A stretch of 64,000 nucleotides of DNA from Candidatus Omnitrophota bacterium (GTDB taxonomy: Bacteria > Omnitrophota > Gorgyraeia > Gygaellales > Profunditerraquicolaceae): the NCBI GenBank assembly GCA_030018895.1, contig JASEHM010000001.1, positions 2,199 to 66,198 on the forward strand. The letters run 5' to 3'. The first letter of the stretch is position 1. Each line of letters begins with the position of its first letter. Position numbers and translations under genes: made by a program. Shown here piece by piece: positions 51,001 through 63,000 of this stretch. The notes beneath the pieces were generated by a model. That model searched no databases, was not told where the DNA came from, and saw only the letters and a program-made list of their open reading frames with translations.

Positions 51001-54000
51001 AACTTTCGTTTCTTGGAGAGGCTGGGATATTTTCCTGTTACAGATACTCAATTGAACCATTTTTCTCGAGAAGTTCAGGACTTACTGGATGCGCATCTGG
51101 AGTTGGGCATGATGCCTCAAGAGGCAGTCTTTTCTTTAGGAAGCATGTATTATTTGCAAGGAATATTTTTGCTGGCTTTAGATTATAAAGAAATGGCAAG
51201 AAAAAATATCAACAAGGCTATTGACCAATTTGGTTTAATTATATTTAAAAAGGGGGGTCCTTTTGGGCTGATGGCATACCAATTAATTCTAGAAATTCAT
51301 CAAGAGATGCCGTTATTCTTTGGCCAGCTTATTCACAATGGTGGAATGGAATTAACGTTAGATGGGTTAGCTGAAAAGTATGGGAAACATTGTCCTGAAG
51401 AGATTATAAAAGGCCAGACAGAGTTCATAAAGAATTTGACAGAACAGTCCCAGTCGGAGAATGAACTCGCAACTTCTTCTTCTGCAAGGAGTTGTGTAGA
51501 AACGGTACTATTAAATTCACTAAACTCTTCAAGCCCTGTTAAGCGGGTAGGTCCTGTTGGATCCGTCTCGAAATTTGAGTCTCTGCTACGAAAAGAGTTG
51601 GCCGCGATGAAGGATTCCGGGGGAACGAAGTTGTACCCGTCCAATGTGTCGCGTCAGAATAGGGTCACGATTGCGCCGTGTCGGGTGGATAGGGTCACGA
51701 TTAGTAAAGAGGCCCGGGAGATATTCAAAAATGCAAGGCCCAAGTCCAGCCAGCCGTCGATCATGTCGGAAAAAGACCTTAACGGCAATCTTGATTTCAT
51801 ATCGTCCCTGTGTGAGTTCGTAAAGCAGTTTATAGAGGTATTTTGGACAGTGAAATCTTCTGAGGATACGGATCACGAGAACAAGGATGGCGTTTCTGCG
51901 TCTTCTGTCAAGGAAGGATCTTCTTCGGTCGTTTATTCCAGCAGTCCGAAGGCTTCTTCCTCATTTAAGCAGGCACGAAGCCGCGCTCCGCCCTTTGTAG
52001 TTGTGTTATTAATAGTTCCCTTCATATTTTGTGAAGGAGAGACAAGGAATTTATCAAAATCCCTGCCCCCATCTTTACCTTCGTTTTCAAAGCACAGTAG
52101 AGTTCTTGAAACAAAATCTCTACCCACATCTTTATCTTCGTTTTTAGATCATAGTAGAGTTCCTCCCCTTTCAAATTACAGTGGAGTTCTTAAAAACGCG
52201 CGCATTAATTCAAAAGATCGATTTGGAATAAAGGCATGGACAGCCTATACAATGTTGGATGAGATTACTAAGAAGCTGTATTCTGAAAAAACAGTATCAG
52301 AGCGTCGTTTAATAAATAAATACGTATTAACCAATATTTATCATGAATCGCTTTTGATATATAGGAGGCCTATATATCGTGGCGGGACTGAGCGCGGCTT
52401 GGCTCAAATAAAGGTGGGCACTGCCAGGGATATCCTTGAGAGGCTTGTAAAGGGAAAAGCTAATTGGGAGGAGTTTATTGCAGATATTAGCGGTTATTCC
52501 TTCTATGCAGACCTTTTAAACGAGAATAATGCTGTTCTTGGCAAGATGTTAGAAGATAATGATGGGTTTAGTTTTATTCTTTCAACAATATATAGTATGA
52601 ATAGGTTAGATAAGGAATCTCTGCCTGTAGATTTAGAGGGGATGACAAAGTGTTGGGCCAATTATAATGGGATTGGGAAAAAGCAAAGAACGCCTCCAGA
52701 GGAAAAAAGATTAAAGGATTATAAAGTTCATGCAGAGATAATTAAGCCTATTCTTGAAAGAATCATTTCTTTAGAAAGGTTCTTAAATTTTGAAGAGTTT
52801 CTGAATCCTCCAAAAAATATTGGAAACTGTTTCCGTCCCAATCGGGAAACTGTTTCCAGCGCAATCGGGACAGTGGGATGCAGTGAAGTTGACATAAGCT
52901 GTTCTGCTTTGAAAATGAAGGGGTTTGTCGGTTCGCCAGTTAGCCGGTTGCTTGAAATTGCCGGCTCGCCGGTGAAATATAGCTTGTTAGTTGATATGTT
53001 GTTAATACTTGTTGATTTTGATGGTTTTTGCAAGGCAGGGATGGAAGATGTTCACGGTCTTGAGGATAGGATTAGGGTCTCCTCGCCCGTATTTTCGATA
53101 CCGAAAGATACCGAAGATTTGGATTTTGCTTGGAATTTGATGGAATTAAATGCTTTTAACCCCGGATTAGAACATAAAATTTCTTTTGTCTCCAGTCCAA
53201 TTTTTAAAATGCGGCCGAAGGTAACAGTTCAGCGTTTGGAAGTTCCAAGCGCTGAACTGTTACCTTCGGAGACTGAAATTGGGGGTAAGAAAAGGAAGGA
53301 AGAGAATGATCTTTTTATTGAGATGGATACGTTAAAAAAGAAATTGATGGGTTGTCTTAGAAAAAGTCCTTTACTTGCAAAAATATTACAATGGATTTTA
53401 GATGAATTAGAAAAAAAGAACAATAATAATGGAATCATAAAAAATAAACTGTCTTTTTTTAGTCCACACCAGAAGCGTAAAGTAAAACAAGAAATTTTTG
53501 CTTGGATGAATAAGGAGCATTGTGAAGTGGCAGCCGAGTTTTCTACGGAGTTAATTTTTCTAGTTGTGGATTTGGTTAAAAATATAATCTTTTCTATAAA
53601 AAACGAAAAAATAAATAAAGATAAATTAGAGGAGATTCAGTCTTCTTTGGATGAGATTGTCGCTTTGAATAACAAGATTGAGAAAATAGCGGAACTGTGG
53701 CGAAAGATAAAAGAGGAGATAGTGGAACAAAATGTAGGCATAGTAACATCTATCGTGACTAAAAACTATTTTAATGGGGCTTTATTCTTTGAGGAGCGGA
53801 TACAGGCAGGGTTGATTGGGCTAGCTGAGGCTGTAGAGAGGCACGACTACAGAAAAGGTATATTATTTTCTACCTATGCTGATTGCTGGATTAAGCGGGA
53901 AATACTAATGGTTATGCAAAAGGAGAGTAGTGATATCTGGATTCCCGTGTATATGCAAGAGAAGCATACAGGGCTTGAGAATAAAAAGACAGAATTAATC

Positions 54001-57000
54001 CAGAAACTTCTAGGAGACCCGACAATTGGCCAACTTGCTCAAGCCTTAGGATGGCCAGTTGAGGAAGTAAAAGAAGTTTTAAATGTTCCGATGCATGTAG
54101 TTTCTCTATCTACACCTGTGGGTAAGGAAGGAGAAACTTCTCTTGGCGAGCTTATAGAGAGTCCACAGGCACGGGATTTGGAGGGTTCAATCATAGAAGA
54201 ATTGAGTGCTGAACGGCCTGAAGAGACCCTTAAAAAGGCCTTGCATCAACTTCTTCTCATCGATAGGCTAATTGTATGTTTGCATAATGGCTTGTCTATT
54301 ACTGGAGAAGTAGTTAGCAATGAAGAAATTAATCAACTTAAATCATCTATTAAAAAAGAAGCACTAAATAAGGCTATTATGAACATGAACCCCTTAAGTT
54401 ATCGCAAGATTGGTGAGCTATTGGGATACACCGGGGAACGCATACGTCAACTCAAAAAACAAGCGTTACTAGATTTAAAACAACTAATAGGGGGAGGTAT
54501 AATCTTAACCGATAGTATGATACTTAGCAAAGTTAAGCCTATTAAGAAGATCCCTGGTGTAATCAGAATTTTAATGGAAGAAAAAGGAATTATTATTCCA
54601 TCTATGGTTGTTAAGTCGTTAGGGATTTCTATTCCGACACTTACTAAATATATTAAAGATAATCCTTCTGATGAGATAAAAGATTTGATGAGGCAGCTAG
54701 GTATTCATAATCAGATTCTTCGGGCGATAAAAAGGCTAGAGAGGCTGCCCAAAGCGAAACAAAAACTAATTACGGTAAAGATGCTTGTTCAAGAAATAAA
54801 GTTTTTTTCTTTAACAGACATAGAAAAAGCAAAAAATGAAATAAATAAACGTATAGAAAAACATCTCGGGGCGAGAAAAGAAATATTAAAACATGTGGGA
54901 GCGGTGCCAATATTCAATTGGGAAACTGTCAATTGGGAAACTGTTTCCAGCTTAATCGGGACAGTGAGACGCAAGGTCAAAATCGCCGGCTCGGAAGTGG
55001 ATTTATCTCTAACTTCTTCTTCCGTAAGCAGTTCCGTTATTAATTCAGCAGGCCAAAGCAACAACGCGCCGGAAAAAATTGAAATAATTGAATTTTCGTT
55101 TCTGAAAAATACTATGGGTTGTATCATAGAAGCTGGTAAAAGAGATATGCAAAAACAGAAGATTGAGAAAATTTTGATTTTGCGTAATTTAGGATTTATT
55201 TTAAAGGAACTAAAAGAGTTAAAGAATATGAATGCTATTTTGAATAAATGGGCCATAGAAATTATTATAAGGTTTAGAAGACAGCTTATTGAAGAATTTA
55301 GAAAAACAGAGAATTCTATTTCTAATGGCAAAGAAAGCAGTAATGACATAAATATTAAGGAGCAGTTTAAAAAAATAAATATTAGAGAAAAAATAATATT
55401 AAATTTTTATTGGGTAGGAAAGAATCGGTGCTGGAAGATTTTAGAAGAAGGATTGAGTAAGCCTTGGTTTATTCCTGATATTGGAAGAGTGGATGAAGAG
55501 CTGGTGCAGGAGAAAAAAAGAAAAGAGGAGTTGATAGCCACCATCTTAGGGCAGTTACAAACAGGCACAATGATTCAACGTCAGATAGAAGAGGAGCAAG
55601 ATTTAAGACAATATATACCGCGAATAAAGATAAAGATTGAGTCTGCGGAAGAAAATCTGGGAGAGGCAGCAGTATGGGCAGAGGAGGTTTTCGCAAAAGG
55701 AGTAGATAGTTTTAAAAAAGATGCAGATACAGTGGAGAATAGGCAACTCAAGGCATTTGCTATGGAGTTAGGGGGCGTATTGGAGAATATGATTTGGCTG
55801 GGAGTTCGTGCTTATGATTATCAAGATGAAGAGACGATAGATTTTATAGGTAAGGCCAAAAAGGAGGAAATGATTAAAGATTTAGTCAAAGGATTGATAA
55901 GTAGTATTGATCAAGGCCTTAGTAAAGAGCCTGAAATTATGCAATATACTTTGCAAATTATAAGACAATATTTGCAGGGGCTTCTTTTAGAGGATTTAGC
56001 CTTAGGATATGAAAACGTGCTTATGCAAAAAAGGGTTAAGTATGCATTAAGAGAAGCATTTATAGGTTTCAAGAGGCTAAAAACAGAGATGCTTGATTAT
56101 CTGCATGAGCTTTTGAAAGAAAAAAAAGAAAAAGTAGATGTTAATAAGTATTTCAAAGAAGGCATTGAAAGAATGCTTCAGGGTATAGGAAATTATCTTA
56201 TTAATAAAGTAGAATATCAAACAGCGCATTATGAAGGAGAAGACTCAGTGATTTTAAAATTGAATTATATACCTACTCCACAAGAATTTTTAAATTGCTT
56301 TATAAAGGTTTATGGCAAAAAATTGGCTGCAATTATTACTTGTGCAGGAACGCCGCAGGCACATTATGCTTTGTTGGCTGAGTCTGAAAGAATACCAGTT
56401 TTTATTATTGCCAGGGAAGATACGGATTTAATTAAACAAAATGATAAAGTTGTGATTTTTAGTAATGGAGAGGTGATTATTAATCCTAGTCCGCAAACAC
56501 AAGACGAATTTGCCGTTGCACAAGGAGTTCAACAAAAGATTGACGAATTTTATAGTGAAAAGGCGCCGGAGTTGTTAAAAATACCGGTTGAAATGAACGC
56601 TGATTCTAAAGATGAGATAGAAGTAGCAGTGAATATTGTCCAGGGTATTGGCCTGGTAAGGACTGAGAACTTATGCCAGGGAATTTTACCTTTTTTAATT
56701 ACTGAATGGCAGGATTTATTCAGGGAAATTTTAAAATCTGCAAAAGGAAAAAGAGTTACTTTTAGAGTCATTGATTATCAACCGGATAAAAAGCCTTTGC
56801 CTTTTGCTTATCAACGCTACCTAAGGCCTAAATGGTGGAAAGATCATCCCCTGGGCAGAGCAGTGGCATTACAGATATTACAGGCTCTCATCAGATTGGG
56901 AAAAGAAGGGTATGGTTTTTTTCGAGTAATGTTTCCTATGGTAGAAGATGTTAGTGATTTGCAGGCAATAGAGCAGATAATAAAAAAAGCGCAAGAGAAG

Positions 57001-60000
57001 GAAGGCCAAGGGACAGAGCTTACTATAGGCATTATGGTAGAAACTAAAAAGGTAGTTAATAATATAGATCTAATAATTAAGACTATAGAGAAAATCCCCG
57101 CAATAAAGTTTTTTAGTGTTGGATCCAATGATTTAATTCATTTCTTTTACAATATCCACAGGGATAATCTCCAAGATTATAAAAAGTATTATGAGGGGAT
57201 TGCCCCCCCGCTTATTCTCAAAAAGATTTTAGAAGTTGTAAAAAAAGCCAAGGAAGCCGGTTTAGAAAGTAGTTTATGCGGAGACTTAGCAAGGAATGAG
57301 CAATTCTGGCTGGTCTGGTATTATTTTAAGCATAATTATAATGTAGAAATTCTTTTAAGTATGCCGGATATAAAGATCGCAGAGAGATTTAAGGTTTGGA
57401 TAAATTATATTGATAATCATTTAGAGCAGATACCATGCTGGAAAAACTTAACTGATTTATTAAAGAAGATGTTTGTTTATAAATATGATGATGAGATTGA
57501 TGAAAAATATTGGGATGCGTTAAAGAAACAACTAAATGCTGTGATTAGCGAAATACAAGCGGTTTTAAATAAGGCTATAGAGAAAGACAAAAATGTAAAG
57601 ATAGAACTAAAAACAAAAGAAGAACTGCCTAAAGCAGAAGAGGAGAAAAAGTGGTCTGATAATGAAGGTAATATAATTGGGTTATTAAAAGGTTTCCATG
57701 CTTATGCCCAGGGTCATCTAAGTGGTTTGATTAACTCATATTGGGAGAAAGAGTTGCGAGTAAAGATAGAGTGTTTAAAAGAAGAGCAATGGCAGGAGTT
57801 TTATGATGGTAGCGTTTTATGGGACATATTTGATTTTATGGAAGCCGAATTTATTGTGGGTAGTTCTAAAGAATTTAGATTTAGCGCATCTGAGCATTGT
57901 TCATTAGGCAAAGAAAAAGCAGACTCTCTTTTGAAAGGGTTTTTAGATGAGTTTGTAAAACAGCTTTGCGGAAAAGACGATGAATTTGGAGGCAGAAGGT
58001 TTGATTTAGAGGTTCAAGAAGAAGATGCTGTAAAAGAAACAGAACAAACGCAATGTAATAAGCTCCCCCTAGTAGAGATAGTACGTATTTTTGAGATCAA
58101 TCCAGGCAAAAAAGCGGCTTCTTCTCTGATGTCGCTAGAAAAGCATGTGGTGGATATAAAAGAGTATGCGGATATAATAGCCAGGCTTTTGCTTTGCAGT
58201 ATGAAATATAAGGGGAATAATAGAAACGAGTTGAATTGCTATTCTCTACGCGCTGATCTTATTCAAGTATTACAAGAAAAGCTTGGTTATGACAAGATAA
58301 AAAATATAAAAATTATAGGAATGAGCGGTGGGCGTAAGAAGTTGCCTCTTATACCAATAGATACGGAATTGGGGGTAGGCCCTGAGAAAATATATTACTT
58401 AGGGTTGCCGCTTGATAAATTAGGAGGATTGGGAGACCCTCATCAGAAAGGGCCTATTACTGGCCATGCATGGTGCTCAAAAAAAATAAATAGTTTGCCG
58501 GATTGTTATTTCCTTAAAATTGAGGTTGGTTTTAACAAAAATGCTGAAAAATTAAAAGCTCTTATCACTAATAATATAAACCCATGCATTGGAAAGGTTG
58601 ACTGGGATTCATTAGCTAAGGGTTATCTTGAATTTTGTTTAACAGGATCAGGTAAATCCATAAAAGATCTTAAGATAGGGGTTTTGTGCCGGCCTTATAA
58701 CCGGCAGTTAATTGAGGCATTGATAAGGGCTTTTAAAGCCAAAGGCGCAGGTGTTCCAATTAAAGATTATGTTCGGATAGCCAAAAAATGCAAGAGACAA
58801 GGTTCATTTAATAATGGCGGGATTTTTCTTTATCAAAATGACGATTGGTCAAGTAGTATAGATATGGATGAGAAAGATGGTTTAGATGGCTTTATGGGAA
58901 TAGGCGGTTATCCTGAAAAAGGAATGAGCAGCTTGATAATTAGAAAAAAAGGTAAAGGGGCATTGACTGGCCGTTTTATCAGCCAGGAGTATATTGAAAA
59001 AACAAATAGAGCGGTAACTGCGCCAGAACCTTTTGTCCTGACGAACTTTAGTCCTGGGGAGTTGGCAAATTTTGATAAAACGGGTATTAAAACTGAAAAT
59101 AAAGAGCATCTCAGGGTTTTTACTGACAAGGATATTATCTCTGCGGATATAAAGGGAGAAGATATTATTTTACTAATTGGGTTAATCGGAGATGCTGCTT
59201 ATTTTGGCTGTCGTATTTCAGGAATTACTGTGGATGCTCGGAAAGGATATATAAAAGCCAATCTCTTAGAGATTAATGAGAAAAAGAAGGCTTGTGTAAT
59301 TGAAATAAAATACCCTTTAGTATCTATTCAAAAATATTTAAAAGAGCTTTCTTATGCAAAAGATCCAAAAGTTTATAAAAAGTTAGCTTTTGCCTGCGCT
59401 GAAGCCGGGGACTATCATCTGGCAAATGAATATCTTAAGAAGGCTCTCAAAGACAAAGAGTCTCAAATATTATTTTACTATATTAGGGGTATGAACATTC
59501 AGGCGCAGAGTAAAATAAACCCTAATATTAGGGCATTAAGACTATATATGAAGGCTTTTGCGATTTGGAAAAAGCTGGTTCCTCAAGGACAAGCAGCGCT
59601 TGAAGAATTAGGTTTGGACCTGATAAAAACGATTCGGCGCACCCGGGTTTTCTTAAGAATTCAATACCAGCTTAAAGGAAATTGGCTTGAAGCAGTAAAG
59701 CATTCTTGGCCAGCAGTAAGGATTTCACAAGAGGAGTTTGAAACCATTTTTCAGCATAATCGGCTTGTTTTAATGTCCATTGTTGAAGAATATTACAGGC
59801 TTATTAAAGATGTAGACGAATCCAATATTAAAGCCAAGATTGAATTAGCCTATGAAGCATATCTTAATTGGGAAGAAAAGGCAACGAATAAGACCAGATC
59901 TTGCATGGAGGATTATAGAAAATTTTTAGAATTCTATCAAGGAGATTTCTTTGTCTGCTTGCTTTTTGAAACTGTTTTTAGGGGATTTAAATCTTCTGAA

Positions 60001-63000
60001 AGGGCAATTATTTGTTGGAAGATTTTGTATATGAAATTAAATAAAAACTACCGCGAGGATTTATTATGGGTTATGCGGAATGAGTCTGAAAGAAATAACC
60101 TTATAAATGATTTAAAGCAGACAATAAATTTTACCGATGAAGAAAAAGAAGATTTTAGGATTCCTTTAGAAGAAGGGATATCTACTCGTACGAGCAAAAA
60201 AATTCTTTCCCAATTATTACGGTTTTATAGTAAAGAACCAGTTATTTATTTAAGGAACCAGGAAGTAGCTTATAGTATATTTAGGCAATATTTTAGCGAA
60301 GCGCTGTTTTTAAGAATCTTTGGTCATTTTCAGAGCAGCCAAAAACATGTTGAAAAAGCTATCCATGCCTGCGAGCAGATATATAAGGTAAAGGATTTAG
60401 GCCTGTTTATGACAACCTTGCCAAGGGATACAATCAATTTTTATCTAAGATTAGCTGATATAGAAGAAAATTCAGATAGAAAAAAACAATTCTTGCAAGA
60501 GGCGCAAGGATTGTGCTGCGGGTTTTTAACTGGTGATTATTTTAAAGAGATTATAGCAGAAGCTGATTCCCAATTAGCTTCTAGAGAGTTTATTAAATTA
60601 ACAGCATGGAAACCTGAAAGTTTGTGGGAAGGCCTTGCAAAAACTTCATTAGAAGGACTGCTTAGGAAAAAAATTCAGCTATATGTTTTTGATATGAATG
60701 GGGTCAAGAATATTCAGAAAAAGATAGAAGAAATATTATTTAAAAAATCAATAATATTCTTCGGAGGGACAAGCAGAAGAGCAGGCCTTAAACCACTTCG
60801 CAATTATCCTGTTTCTACTAATATAAATATAAAAACATCAGAAATAAATCAGGATAATGTTTTTTTATCTATTGACCTAAAGAAAAAGGTAGACTATTTT
60901 AAGGGAATAATTTTTTCTATCTTACTTGAAAAGAAATGTGAAGAAAATTGGGATATAAAAGGCAAAATAATTCCCTATTTTCAAGGGCCCTTGATATTAA
61001 TAACAAAAAAGAAAGAGCAAATTCCTGAAGTATGTAATGATTTGGTAGAAGAATTACAGGGGGCCGTTGAAAATCAATATACAGTAGAGACAACAAGTAT
61101 TGGTATGGAAGTTTCGTCGATTGACCGAGGAGATGTACTGCTTTATTTAGCAGAGCAGATTGCTAATAAAGACAAAAAGAACCTTATAGATTTATTAGTG
61201 CAAACCTTTGTCGTAGGCAATAGCCGCGCAGATCTATTTATGCTCAATATTGTAGCCAGTCATGGCGGGTTAGCTATATTTGTGGGCCAGAATATTCCAG
61301 AGGGCCTATCTAAAAAGGTTCTTGTAATTCCGCTACAAAATCCTCAAGGAATAGAATTTCTTATAGAGTTAATTGCTAAGGCCTCCAACTCGGCAGGTAT
61401 AGAAAATCATCTCCAGAGCCTGCAAAATTCTGTTAGTGAAGAGGAAACTGTTTCCAGCGCAATCTTGGCAGTGGGATGCAGTGAAGTTGACATAAGCTGT
61501 TCTGCTTTGTTGAAAATGAAGGGGTTCGTCGGTTCGCCAGTTAGCCGGTTACTTGAAACCGCCGCCTTGGCGAAGGGGGATGGGGGTCAGTTCTGTTGTA
61601 ATTCTTTGCCTATCAATGGGGGAATTCTGGGGACACAAGACTTAATTCGGAGTACTGATTTGCCATCCGCTATTGCTATCGCCTCGCCGGTGAGGGATTT
61701 GTTTGCAACTTCTTTTCCCATAATAGATTCCGCAGAAACGACACTAAATATACTGTTTTTATCTCGTTTAGGCGCTCTGCGTACAGGTACAAATGCCCCG
61801 CCATTAGTTGTTAATAATGCCGCCTTTGTCTCGGTATTATTTCGCACCTATTTAGAGACCTCATCACAACCTACCCCTTCTATTACTATTCCAGAACTTA
61901 TTGTCTGCTATTTATTACTTGCTACTATTAAGGTATCCTTTGCTTCGTCGGCGGTGGAGAATTTATCTACAAGTTTTTCTTTCGCAGGCATTTTTTTGAC
62001 TATTAAGAAAGTGTTTAAAGGGTCGAAGATAATAATAGATAAGGTTATTGGAGTCGGCGAAAATGGATATAGAAAAATAGAAAAAATTATCTGGCAATTT
62101 TTACAGAAAGCTTGGCAATGTATACAGAAAATTCCGGTCGGCTTTGCGCCGGACAGTGAAGGCCGGGTTACCGTTGATGCTCTCATAAAATATCTTTCTG
62201 TGGCTCCTTTCGCAGTAGATGCGACGTTGGAAGCCTTCTTTTCGCAATTGAAAAATCCCAAAGCTCAGGCAGCAATTGCTTCCGGTGGCCTTGGTTTTCT
62301 TGCCGGAGAAACCCTTAATGCTTGGGTCAAGGTATCTCAGCGGGTAGTCGGGTTTATGCCTCTTTATGAAGGTAATATTAACTGGGATAGTGAGGCAGGG
62401 ATACAGCCGATTATCGGGTCAGGCGGCAAACCGCTTACTCTGGAAGTCAATTTTAAGGAGGTCGGGCAATTACAGGAGAAGCCATATAAGGTTAGCTACT
62501 ACATTATTAACGCCAATGGCACTCCGGTAATCCTGGCGCGCCAGCCGAAGATTAACTACGCGCTTTATCCTTGTGATTCGGATAAATATCGGCAGATGGC
62601 TTTCTTAGGTAGGGCATATACGGAATTTTTTAAATATTTAGGCGTTGTCCCGGATATCTTGCGCTTCAATGAGGCGCAGGTATTTTTCCTTCTTACTGCG
62701 ACTGATAATGATGTTGATTGGTTTGCTCGGGAGAGAGAGAGAACTAAAACCGAAAGCCGCAGCGTTCATGAGAATACCAAATACATCCTTTTTACCACGC
62801 ATACCCCGGAAGTAGCCGCTTTACCGAGAGAAAACGTAGGCCGGTTAAAGAACCTTATCGGTAGCGGGATGATTCCGAAGAAAGCAGATGGAAGTGATTA
62901 TGCGGATGGGGAAGAATTGGATTTTGTTCATCATTTAGTTAACGACTCGCGGGTCGTCGTTATCAATGGCGTTTCCCAGGAACACGGGGAAGTAACTAAG

